Positions 9,718 to 18,120 of a DNA stretch of 64,000 nucleotides are shown piece by piece (position 1 is the first letter of the stretch; every line of letters begins with the position of its first letter). Under the pieces are notes generated by a model. That model searched no databases. It was not told the DNA's origin and was given only the letters and a program-made list of their open reading frames with translations. The stretch covers positions 39,601 to 103,600 of the forward strand of contig JACKGU010000001.1 in assembly GCA_020631855.1 (NCBI GenBank), given 5' to 3'. The position numbers and the translations under genes were made by a program. The stretch is from Candidatus Nomurabacteria bacterium (GTDB lineage Bacteria > Patescibacteriota > WWE3 > UBA101185 > UBA10185).

Positions 9718-11117
9718 TGCCTTTGAAAAAAATAAAAACTAATACACTGCCAAAAGCCCCTCCTCTAAAGTCATTGATAGGCCCTAGCTTTATAATTCTT
9801 GGTTTAGGTTTGGGCAGTGGGGAAATTATACTCTGGCCTTTTTTAAGCTCGAAATACGGCCTTGGGATTATTTGGGGCGCTTTGGTTGGAATTACTCTTC
9901 AATTTTTTATGAATATGGAGATTGAACGTTATGCTCTTGTTCGCGGGGAGAGCGTTTTTGTTGGCTTTGCTCGAAAAATGAAGCTCCTGCCTTATTGGTT
10001 TTTGATTTCCACCTTTTTGCCTTGGATTTGGCCGGGAATAGCCGCGTCTTCTGCAAAGCTTTTTGGTCATTTGCTTGGTGTGGAGCAAACTCAGTATTTG
10101 GCAATAGCTTTTTTGCTTTTAATGGGGCTAATATTGTCTTTTGGTTCTGTGCTTTATAAAACTGTTGAGAGAATGCAGAAAGTTCTTATTGCGGTCGGGG
10201 TGCCTTCTATATTTCTTTTGTCTATTGTTCTGGCTCAGAGGTCCGATTTTATAAGCCTAGCAAAGGGCATGGTCGGAATAGGCATTGGGTATTCTTTTTT
10301 ACCTATTGGGATACCTATAGCATCTTTTTTGGCCGCATTGGCTTATGCAGGTGCTGGAGGGAACTTGAATCTTGCGCAATCTTTTTATGTTAAGGATAAA
10401 GGCTATGGTATGGGGCGCTATGCCGGCAAAATAAGAAATCTACTCTCAGGATCAAGCGAGAAAATCGATCTAACGGGCTCTACTTTTATTGTAGATGATA
10501 CAAGTCTGCCTAATTTTAAAAAATGGTGGCGTTCTGTAAATATTGAGCACCTTGTTGTTTTTTGGCTAACAGGATCGGTCACAATACTTTTATTGGCCCT
10601 TTTGTCCTATGTGACAACCCATTCTCTAGGCCTTCGGGCGAGCGACATTAGCTTTGTAATTTATGAGAGTGCTGAGATAGGTAGAAGGTTGTTCCCGTTT
10701 GCAGGTACGTTCTTTTTAATAGTTGCAGGGGCTACATTATTTGGAACCCAGTTGACGGTTTTGGACGCTACAAGCAGGATTTTGACTGAAAATCTATCAA
10801 TTATTAAAGACGAGAAGTCTGGTATTTCAAGCCGTTTTGTAACAAAAACTTATTACTCGGTGTTGTGGTTGCAAATAGGCGCGGGTATTATAATTTTCTT
10901 GTTAGGCTTCACTGAGCCGTTACAGCTTCTTATTACGGCGGCAGTTCTAAACGCTTTTGCGATGTTTGTGCATGTAGGTTTAACTTTATGGTTAAATATT
11001 ACTTTGCTTGAAAAGGAGCTAAAACCCTCTGCTTTAAGAGTTGCTGCAATGATCGTAGCTTTTTTGTTCTACGGCGGTTTTAGTGCTTACACCATTATAA
11101 ATGCACTTTTGTCTTAG
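9717..11117 (+). CDS. NRAMP-family-like membrane transporter with non-canonical metal-site motifs
   Basis: About 11 TM helices; GPSFIILGLGLGSGEIILW aligns to the NRAMP TM1 GPAFIAAIGYIDPGNFAT with DPGN replaced by GSGE; the TM6 MPH region is replaced by AGAGGN. Confidence 0.5.
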   Translation: MPLKKIKTNTLPKAPPLKSLIGPSFIILGLGLGSGEIILWPFLSSKYGLGIIWGALVGITLQFFMNMEIERYALVRGESVFVGFARKMKLLPYWFLISTFLPWIWPGIAASSAKLFGHLLGVEQTQYLAIAFLLLMGLILSFGSVLYKTVERMQKVLIAVGVPSIFLLSIVLAQRSDFISLAKGMVGIGIGYSFLPIGIPIASFLAALAYAGAGGNLNLAQSFYVKDKGYGMGRYAGKIRNLLSGSSEKIDLTGSTFIVDDTSLPNFKKWWRSVNIEHLVVFWLTGSVTILLLALLSYVTTHSLGLRASDISFVIYESAEIGRRLFPFAGTFFLIVAGATLFGTQLTVLDATSRILTENLSIIKDEKSGISSRFVTKTYYSVLWLQIGAGIIIFLLGFTEPLQLLITAAVLNAFAMFVHVGLTLWLNITLLEKELKPSALRVAAMIVAFLFYGGFSAYTIINALLS

Positions 11118-11170
11118 TTTTTTGCCTATTTTTGCTTAAGTAGGGCTTTTAGTGCTATAACTCTCTGAAA

Positions 11171-11296
11171 GGTTTATAATTTCGTTACTTAAAACTATTT
11201 GCGTTAGCTAGTAGATGCAGTTTACCCACCATGTTGGGCTTTGCAACTTAAAGAAATTATAGCAAATCACCTGCGTAAGCTGATGGTGGTTGATTC
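11171..11296 (+). repeat. dispersed intergenic repeat, copy A (about 125 bp, 3 hairpins)
   Basis: Near-identical copies at 21078, 36311, 39658, 51984 and 53979 (partial); consensus ttataatttcgttacttaaaactacttgcgtaagctagtagatgtagtttacccaacatgttgggctttgcaacgtaaagaaattacagcaaaccacctgcgtaagctggtggtggttgat. Confidence 0.85.
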
Positions 11297-11326
11297 CATA
11301 AAGTGGTAAAATGTACGTACATTTGT

Positions 11327-11403
11327 CGGGGTATAGCGCAGCTTGGTAGCGCGTTCGCATGGGGTGCGAGAGGCCGCAGGTTCGAATCCTGCTACCCCGA
11401 CCA
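11327..11403 (+). tRNA. tRNA-Pro (anticodon GGG), CCA encoded
   Basis: Manual fold: acceptor CGGGGTA/TACCCCG with C1:G72, D stem GCGC/GCGC, anticodon stem TTCGC/GCGAG, loop ATGGGGT, T loop TTCGAAT. Confidence 0.8.
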
Positions 11404-11469
11404 TTACCCCTTTGTTATAATAGTTCTGTGGAAGCATCAAATATCACAACCGAGCTCTTGGTAGAGGAC

Positions 11470-11805
11470 ATGAAAAAAACGCTAGATTTCTATAAAGATG
11501 TTCTTGATTTCGAAGTCAAAATGTCTTTTCCTGAAGAAGATCCGTTTTTCGCTATTATTAGAAACAACAAAGCAGAGTTAATGCTTTATACTAGAGAAAA
11601 ATTCTTGCAGGATATACCCGACTTCGCAAAAGAAAAAATGGGTGGAACTTTTGCTCTATACATACGCGTCAAAGATATAGTCGAACTATTTGATGACCTT
11701 AAAAACAAAGTAAAAATCATCCAAGAGCTCTACAGCACAAGCTATGGCAAGCTAGAATTTTCTTTTTACGACTGCAATGGGTACGTACTTATGTTGCATG
11801 AGTAG
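11470..11805 (+). CDS. VOC-family (glyoxalase / bleomycin-resistance fold) protein
   Basis: ORF 11359..11805 overlaps tRNA-Pro, so the start is moved to the in-frame ATG at 11470 (MKKTLDFYKDVLDFEV...); the size and beta-alpha-beta-beta-beta pattern are typical of small VOC proteins. Confidence 0.5.
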   Translation: MKKTLDFYKDVLDFEVKMSFPEEDPFFAIIRNNKAELMLYTREKFLQDIPDFAKEKMGGTFALYIRVKDIVELFDDLKNKVKIIQELYSTSYGKLEFSFYDCNGYVLMLHE

Positions 11806-11922
11806 TGTTTTCAAAAAACTCCCCTTTTACCGCATTTCGACCTGGGCATTATAGCCTAATCTTTCTCTTTATTTCAGGGCCAATATTTCCTAAACCTCTT
11901 TTACGGTCTATAATTAGACCAC

Positions 11923-13029
11923 ATGAGGCAATTTTCACTAAAATTTCTGCTTTTCATTTTTGTGCTCTTAGGATCAGTCGCTTCGGGCATGTTTGCTGTT
12001 GGGGCTAGCTATAGTGGGGATAAAATCTATTTTTTCTACGGTCAGGGGTGTCCTCATTGCGAAGTTGTTGAAGAATACTTTACGGACAACAACATTTATT
12101 CAAAATACCAAATAGACAAAAAGGAAATTTATGGAAATAAAGAAAATGCTCGTTTGTTAATCTCAGTTCTAAGCGAGCTCGGGTATCCTACTGATCAGAT
12201 AGGTGTGCCTACTGTGGTTGTAGGTTCTGAGGTGCTGGTAGGAGACAAGATTATAATCGAGAGTTTTGAAAGTGCTGCTGAGAACTTAAAAAATAGCCAA
12301 AATAACTTAAATAAAGAAATCGAGAATATAAAAAAGACTGAAAATACAGCTGCTCTCCCTAATCTTACTGTTATAGCTGTCGCAGGTGCCGCCATTGTTG
12401 ACGCCATAAATCCTTGTGCCTTTGCAGTCTTGCTCATACTGATGACGACGGTATTAGCGAGAGGATCTGCAAAAGAAGCCTTAAAATCGGGCCTAGCTTT
12501 CTCTTTAGCCATTTTCGTGTCTTACCTTTTGATGGGGATTGGAGCTTACACTGCTCTAAGTTATGGCAACATTGGGAAGCTTCTGGTTAGGGTAATTGGT
12601 ATAGTCGCCATTGTCTTGGGTTTATTTAACATTAAAGACTTTTTTTGGTACGGAAAGGTGTTTTTAATTGAGGTTCCTTTGTCTTGGAGACCTCGAATGA
12701 AAAAACTCATAAATTCTGTAACAAGCCCGGTGGGCGCCCTTTTTACCGGTTTTATAGTTAGTCTTTTTTTGCTGCCTTGCACTAGCGGCCCGTACATTGT
12801 AATTTTAGGTTTATTGGCTAATTCTTCGGCTAAGCCGCAGGCCTTGGCCTACCTGGCTTTATACAACATAATTTTTGTTTCGCCTATGATTCTTATAACC
12901 TTGGCTGTCTATAGAGGTATGGATCCTGCCAAACTAGAGACGTTACGGCAGAAAAATTTACGAATTCTGCATCTTTTTGCGGGTATAATACTGCTTGTTT
13001 TAGGATTCTTTACAATAACCTCATTTTGA
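11923..13029 (+). CDS. thioredoxin-like domain fused to a CcdA/DsbD-type transmembrane disulfide-transfer domain
   Basis: Signal/TM segment, then a CxxC motif GCPHC, then a TM domain with CcdA-type cysteines (INPCAFAV and LPCTSGPY). Confidence 0.65.
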   Translation: MRQFSLKFLLFIFVLLGSVASGMFAVGASYSGDKIYFFYGQGCPHCEVVEEYFTDNNIYSKYQIDKKEIYGNKENARLLISVLSELGYPTDQIGVPTVVVGSEVLVGDKIIIESFESAAENLKNSQNNLNKEIENIKKTENTAALPNLTVIAVAGAAIVDAINPCAFAVLLILMTTVLARGSAKEALKSGLAFSLAIFVSYLLMGIGAYTALSYGNIGKLLVRVIGIVAIVLGLFNIKDFFWYGKVFLIEVPLSWRPRMKKLINSVTSPVGALFTGFIVSLFLLPCTSGPYIVILGLLANSSAKPQALAYLALYNIIFVSPMILITLAVYRGMDPAKLETLRQKNLRILHLFAGIILLVLGFFTITSF

Positions 13030-13039
13030 CGGATGACTT

Positions 13040-13546
13040 TTGGATCTGGCAATATTAAATTATAATAACGATATTGTGGAACATTTAGCGATCCTTCGTA
13101 AGTCCAATATTAAAAAAGGCGATAATCTCCTGGGCGAAATTTTATCAGGAAAAAAAACAATCGAATCTCGATGGTATGTTCATAAATCAGTGCCTTGGGG
13201 AAAAGTTAAACCCGGAGAGACAATTTATTTTAAGGAATCTGGATATCCGGTTTCGGCTCGAGGTAAAATAAGCAACGTTTTGTTTTTTGAAAATCTTGGA
13301 CCCGATTTAATAAAGGAAATCATAATTAAATACGGCCATAAGATTGCGCCGAGTTTTGCCCAAGAGGCTTTGTTTGAATGGGGAAGAGGTTTAGTAAAGA
13401 AACGTTACTGTATTATAATTTTTTTGACCGATGTTGTTCCGATAAAGCCTTTTAAAATTAATAAAAAAGGCTTTGGAATGTCATCTGCTTGGATTGTCAC
13501 CCCTAAGATTGAGGAATTAAGGTTGTCTGCTCCCGCGCGGTCTTAA
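13040..13546 (+). CDS. ASCH (PUA-like) domain protein
   Basis: GxKxxExR ASCH signature (SGKKTIESR) near the N-terminus. Confidence 0.45.
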   Translation: MDLAILNYNNDIVEHLAILRKSNIKKGDNLLGEILSGKKTIESRWYVHKSVPWGKVKPGETIYFKESGYPVSARGKISNVLFFENLGPDLIKEIIIKYGHKIAPSFAQEALFEWGRGLVKKRYCIIIFLTDVVPIKPFKINKKGFGMSSAWIVTPKIEELRLSAPARS

Positions 13547-13813
13547 ACATAGATACCGTCCCTCCCCCTACCACTATGGCTATAGGTTGGGGGTAGCTTG
13601 GGTCCCTTGACACCTCCTCCATCTATTATATAATCTAGGAAAGATTAGTTAGCCCCGTTTTTTTTATGCACAAAATACTATAGGGCCCGATTAATTGTTA
13701 GATATTTCTTTTATATAATATAGTAATTATTCCTGCTGCTAAGTATAAAAATTAAGGCGGCTTTAAAATCTATAAAGCCCTTACCATTTTTAACTGCTCC
13801 ACTTAGGTATTTT

Positions 13814-14533
13814 ATGACAAGTGAGGTCCTAAAAAAAGAACTTTTTACGACGAGACGTTTTATCACGATTCATGAGGCTCTTAATGCTCTAATAAAGGTT
13901 GTTTCGGATGCGGGCTGCGCGCAAGGTTTTGCTGTGGGATTTGATTTGGATGAAACTCTAAGGCAATCTTTTGAGGATGGCCTATCAGGGCATCCAGGCC
14001 GTATACGGCCCGAGGTCTATTATCTTCTCAAGCAACTTACGCGCCGTGAAGTTCCTATAGCTGTAGTAACTAATCAACCTTCTACCGGTCACCAAGTGTC
14101 GCACGTTGTAGCGGGACTAAGAGGTTACACACTAGCTCTTCCGGCCCTTAGGTTTTTGGGCATTGAGGTTTTCGGTTACGAAAGTAGGCCTTGGAGCTTT
14201 CTAACATTCCCGGCCTCTATTGCTACTAGTGTGCTTGGTTTGGGAGGACTTTATAAAGAGTCTCCCGAGGCTGTTTCTAATTTTGTTTCTTGGGCAGAAA
14301 CATCATGCCAAGGAGACTTAAAGCACCTTATATATGTTGGTAACAACAATAGAGATAAAGATTTTACAAGACTGGTCGCTTTGGAGTTAGCAGAGAGTGG
14401 GGCAGGCTGTGCTGTTGAATTTTATCAATTGCCCAACTTTTCATCGTTTCGGTCAGGTGACGGGAGAAGTAGGTCTGGGGGATTCTTACGCGGATCTCGG
14501 GGCGGGCAAGCAGCCCAGGAAATAGAAAGATAA
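13814..14533 (+). CDS. HAD-superfamily hydrolase with a C-terminal Gly/Arg/Ser-rich tail
   Basis: Motif I FDLDETL (DxDxT), motif II VVTNQP, motif IV YVGNNNRDKD; tail RSGDGRSRSGGFLRGSRGGQ; GC content visibly above the genome background. Confidence 0.55.
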   Translation: MTSEVLKKELFTTRRFITIHEALNALIKVVSDAGCAQGFAVGFDLDETLRQSFEDGLSGHPGRIRPEVYYLLKQLTRREVPIAVVTNQPSTGHQVSHVVAGLRGYTLALPALRFLGIEVFGYESRPWSFLTFPASIATSVLGLGGLYKESPEAVSNFVSWAETSCQGDLKHLIYVGNNNRDKDFTRLVALELAESGAGCAVEFYQLPNFSSFRSGDGRSRSGGFLRGSRGGQAAQEIER

Positions 14534-14593
14534 AACCACCCCCCCCCTTATAAAAAATAGTTTCTAAAGTTGGGGTTTTATAGTCGAGCCGGA

Positions 14594-15091
14594 TTAGTTT
14601 CGCCACGTTCTCAAAGAGTTGATTTTAACAGCAGCCCCTCCCGGAGTTGCTTGTCTGTTATTTAATGCTTTCACGGGATCTTCTCTTTTTTCTAGAGCAT
14701 GTTTAGCTATTAGGAATTCGTTATAAGCCTTTTGGAGGAGATTCTGGTCATCTGTGATTTCTACCCTAAAATCATGGCCCTGCTCTAGAATATTCGCAAG
14801 CCTATATAGGGAGGCAAAGGGAGGAATTACCAGTATCTCTGCGGCTGTGCGTCCATCGTTTTCGGTATGAGCTGCCAGCGTACGTGCAATAACAACTTCT
14901 AACGCATCTAGAAAAAAGAGTTCCTCTTCCTCCGCACCAGCTTTAGGATTTCTTGCGTCGCTTTTTGCTTCCTTGCGTTTCCGCATTTCATTTTCAATAC
15001 CCAAGATTGTTTTCGAAAAGGGCCTGCCCATCAAAAGTTCTACAGCACTACCCACCTCAGCATCCCTACCACGAAAAACACTTCCAAACAT
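14594..15091 (-). CDS. hypothetical protein (165 aa), GC-rich, directly downstream of the recombinase gene
   Basis: ORF track; no recognised motif; 22-nt gap from the recombinase on the same strand. Confidence 0.3.
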   Translation of the reverse strand: MFGSVFRGRDAEVGSAVELLMGRPFSKTILGIENEMRKRKEAKSDARNPKAGAEEEELFFLDALEVVIARTLAAHTENDGRTAAEILVIPPFASLYRLANILEQGHDFRVEITDDQNLLQKAYNEFLIAKHALEKREDPVKALNNRQATPGGAAVKINSLRTWRN

Positions 15092-15113
15092 ACTGCACGC
15101 CCTCCCTTATTTA

Positions 15114-15986
15114 CTACAGTACACCTAATTCAGCTTTTTCTTTCTCTGTTTCTTTTTCTATGTAGTCAAGATATTTTTCAGTTGTTGATATTCTTTTATG
15201 TCCTACTATTTTAGAGACTGTTTGTAGGCTAACGCCTTGAGAAAGATGGTGGGCAATAAAGGTGTGCCTCAAATTATTTACTCGTGCATCTATAATACCA
15301 GACAAATCAAAATAACGGTCAATAGTTGAGCGAATATTTCTTACAAGTATTTTGTTGCCTGTTTTTGTTATAAATACATGCGGGGCATCGGCTTTGATTG
15401 TTTTCCTATGTTTTTCGATGTAGGTTTTTAAAGCTTCTATGACAGCTGAATTAAGCGGTATGGTTCGGCCGCCCTTGCTCTCTCGAGCCGGCACGTATAG
15501 TTCTTGTTTATCAAAATTGATGTGGTCTATTTTCATGAGCGAAATTTCAGATATCGATATTCCTGTTTGTAATAGAACTTCTATCATTGTAAATGTTCGC
15601 ACGTCTTTACGTGCTGTATCCCTAAGAGCCCTGTACTCCATTTTTGAGAGAATTCTCGGCGGTTTAGTTTCAATTTTTGGGTGTTTTAGGCCTTCTGAAA
15701 CATCTGCGGGTATGTGGCCTTTCTCTGTTAGGTACTTAAAGAAAGTTTTGGTAGCATTTATTTTTCGTGAGATGGTTTTAGGTGTAAGTCCTATATCGGA
15801 TAGGCCGGATACAAACTGCACAAGATGCTGTAGTTCGGCTTTTTCCGGAGAGTTTACGCCCAGGCCCGTAAAACTTTCTACTAACTGCTCAATGTCTTTG
15901 TTATAGGCGATTATAGTGGATGAGGCTTTGCCGTCTTCTTTGAGTTTATTTATGAATTCTGCATGCACCTCTTTTAGTTTAGTCAT
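15114..15986 (-). CDS. tyrosine site-specific recombinase, XerC/XerD-like
   Basis: C-terminal catalytic motifs LRHTFIAHHL...GHKRISTTEKYLDY (R-H-R-Y); 290 aa; host-like GC content. Confidence 0.75.
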   Translation of the reverse strand: MTKLKEVHAEFINKLKEDGKASSTIIAYNKDIEQLVESFTGLGVNSPEKAELQHLVQFVSGLSDIGLTPKTISRKINATKTFFKYLTEKGHIPADVSEGLKHPKIETKPPRILSKMEYRALRDTARKDVRTFTMIEVLLQTGISISEISLMKIDHINFDKQELYVPARESKGGRTIPLNSAVIEALKTYIEKHRKTIKADAPHVFITKTGNKILVRNIRSTIDRYFDLSGIIDARVNNLRHTFIAHHLSQGVSLQTVSKIVGHKRISTTEKYLDYIEKETEKEKAELGVL

Positions 15987-16093
15987 TTTTTATTCGTCTT
16001 CTGAGCAGCAATTTCATAATACCTATAGGGCATTTTACATACAACTGTGCATAATGTCAATTGTAGCTTTTTTGGCATTTAGGTATAATACCT

Positions 16094-16516
16094 TTGCCCA
16101 TGATAAATAAGATTAAGTACATTTTTACCTCGATCCTACTGTTAATACTGTCGGTAGGCTTTCTTAAATCCGGCCTAGAGTCTTCAAAAGGCTCTTCCAG
16201 GTCCCAAAATCTTGAAAATGAGGTTATAGGCCTGAGGGACGAAAGAGACTCTCTGAAGAAACTATTAGAGTACCAGAAAACGGACTCCTACATTGAGGAG
16301 GAGGCCCGTAACAAATTAAACATGTTACGCCCCGGAGAGAGGGTTTATGTGTACACGGAGAATGTAAATTCTTCGGAGCCGGGAGATCTTCCGCTATCAC
16401 AAGGTACAGATAGAGGAGGATCGCAACGTCGGGTTTTTCGCCAGAATAGGGCCGTCGATAACGAGCTTGTTGGTTCAAAAGGTAATTTTGAACAATGGGT
16501 GGATCTTTTAAAATAA
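16094..16516 (+). CDS. FtsB/DivIC-like septum-formation initiator
   Basis: N-terminal TM helix, coiled coil, and EEARNKLNMLRPGERVY resembling the FtsB/DivIC conserved region. Confidence 0.5.
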   Translation: MPMINKIKYIFTSILLLILSVGFLKSGLESSKGSSRSQNLENEVIGLRDERDSLKKLLEYQKTDSYIEEEARNKLNMLRPGERVYVYTENVNSSEPGDLPLSQGTDRGGSQRRVFRQNRAVDNELVGSKGNFEQWVDLLK

Positions 16517-16576
16517 TTCTATTTGCATTGTCTTTTTGACATTAGTTTGTGTGTTTGATAATATACTCCCGTACGT

Positions 16577-16650
16577 AGCGGGGTGGAGGAATAGTACCTC
16601 GTCAGGCTCATAATCTGAAGGTCCCGGTGCAAATCCGGGCCCCGCCACCA
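16577..16650 (+). tRNA. tRNA with CAT anticodon, initiator-like (tRNA-fMet candidate), CCA encoded
   Basis: Manual fold: acceptor AGCGGGG/CCCCGCC with an unpaired A1.C72, D stem GAGG/CCTC with A11:T24 (an initiator hallmark), anticodon loop CTCATAA, T stem CCCGG/CCGGG with loop TGCAAAT; 74 nt. Confidence 0.55.
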
Positions 16651-16828
16651 AAGTACACTCTTAGACCTTTTATGCCCGACGGCTCTATAGTCCCACAGTC
16701 CGACTTTTAAAAATATTCCTGATTTGCTATACTCATTGACGTTGCCCACGCTCATGCTTAATTTGTTTGCACGGGACTTTATTTAAGGCCTTACCGCAGC
16801 ATAGAGGTGAGCACGGTAAAATAGTTTC

Positions 16829-16905
16829 GCCAACGTAGCTCAGTCGGTTAGAGCGGGCGTTTCATACGCGCCAGGTCGCTGGTTCGATTCCAGCCGTTGG
16901 CACCA
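16829..16905 (+). tRNA. elongator tRNA-Met (CAT), or tRNA-Ile2 (lysidine) if the C34 is modified
   Basis: Manual fold: acceptor GCCAACG/CGTTGGC with G1:C72, D stem GCTC/GAGC (C11:G24), anticodon loop TTCATAC, T loop TTCGATT, CCA; 77 nt. Confidence 0.75.
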
Positions 16906-16973
16906 ACTTTTTATGTCGCGAGCATTTTTCGTTCTTTCCCATTCCATTTCTGTGTTGGCCGTAAGAAAGATTT

Positions 16974-18023
16974 TTGCTGTATAATAACCTTATGTCAGGA
17001 GTTTTTGATACGAAGAAGCACAAGAAAAGAATTTTAACCGGAGATACGCCGACCGGGAGGCTTCATCTCGGGCATTATATAGGCACTTTAGAGAACCGAG
17101 TTAAATTACAGCACGAATATGAGACTTTTATCATTTTGGCTGATACTCATGCGTTTGCATACCCAAAATATATAGACGATCCTGTTTATATCGCTAAAGC
17201 TACGATCGACATCACTATTGCTAACCTTGCTGTTGGTTTAAATCCCGAAAGCACAACCTTTTTTGTTGAATCGGGGATACCCGAGATATACGAGCTCGCA
17301 ACTTTTTTCTCGATGCTAGTGAGCCATAACAGGGCCTTGCGTAACCCGACAATAAAGGACGAAATCAAGATGAAAAGTCTTGGCGACAGTTATTCTCTTG
17401 GCTTTATTTTTTTCCCACTGCTTCAGGTGGCAGACATAATAGGTGTAAAAGCCGATTTGGTTCCCGTGGGCATTGACCAGAAACCCCACGTAGAGCAGGC
17501 GCTCGAAGTTGTTAGCAGATTTAACTCGATGTATGGAGAAGTTTTCCCGGTGCCCAAGGCATTAATCGGTAGGGTCGGCAAGCTTGTTGGTACTGATGGT
17601 AATCCTAAGATGGGAAAATCTCTTAATAATTGTGTATTTTTAAACGATTCCGAAGAAGATTTGAAGAGTAAAATAATGAACATGTTCACTGACCCTGCAC
17701 GCATTCATGCAAGCGATCCGGGAAGGGTAGAAGGAAATCCAGTTTTTATTTACCACGATGCTTTTAACCCCAATAAAGACGAAATTCTAGATCTTAAAGA
17801 TAGATATGTAAAAGGTCAGGTTGGTGACGTTGAGGTGAAAACTAAACTTTTTAATGCACTTAACACTTTTTTGGGGCCAATTCGCGACAGGTATAAATAT
17901 TACGATGAGCGGAGAGAAGATGTTAAGGATATATTGATTCAAGGAACTGCACGAACCAGAGAGGTAGTTAGAGAGACTTTAGAAGAGACTAAAGATAAAA
18001 TGCATCTGCTAAATTCGCTGTGA
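16974..18023 (+). CDS. trpS: tryptophan--tRNA ligase
   Basis: TGDTPTGRLHLGHYIG (HIGH region, TrpRS type), VPVGIDQKPHVE, KMGKS (KMSKS-like). Confidence 0.8.
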   Translation: MLYNNLMSGVFDTKKHKKRILTGDTPTGRLHLGHYIGTLENRVKLQHEYETFIILADTHAFAYPKYIDDPVYIAKATIDITIANLAVGLNPESTTFFVESGIPEIYELATFFSMLVSHNRALRNPTIKDEIKMKSLGDSYSLGFIFFPLLQVADIIGVKADLVPVGIDQKPHVEQALEVVSRFNSMYGEVFPVPKALIGRVGKLVGTDGNPKMGKSLNNCVFLNDSEEDLKSKIMNMFTDPARIHASDPGRVEGNPVFIYHDAFNPNKDEILDLKDRYVKGQVGDVEVKTKLFNALNTFLGPIRDRYKYYDERREDVKDILIQGTARTREVVRETLEETKDKMHLLNSL

Positions 18024-18120
18024 TATAATCACCTAGCTGCTTATTTAAACCAGTATTATTGGGAGACCCAAAATAATTTTATAGTAGATATAAGACTGGT
18101 TTAGAGTAGATCGAAAAACT

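Noticed and set aside
11359-11469. The ORF-track start of the VOC-family gene
   Set aside because: The first 37 codons overlap tRNA-Pro, so the start was moved to the in-frame ATG at 11470.
15114-15986. A prophage or integrative-element integrase
   Set aside because: There are no phage structural genes and no att-like repeats. The XerC/D-like motifs, the size and the host-like GC content fit a chromosomal dimer-resolution recombinase. The possible link to the adjacent GC-rich genes is kept only as a low-interest finding.
16519-16755. A 78-aa minus-strand ORF
   Set aside because: It overlaps the well-folded CAT-anticodon tRNA at 16577-16650 on the other strand, so the tRNA is the supported feature.
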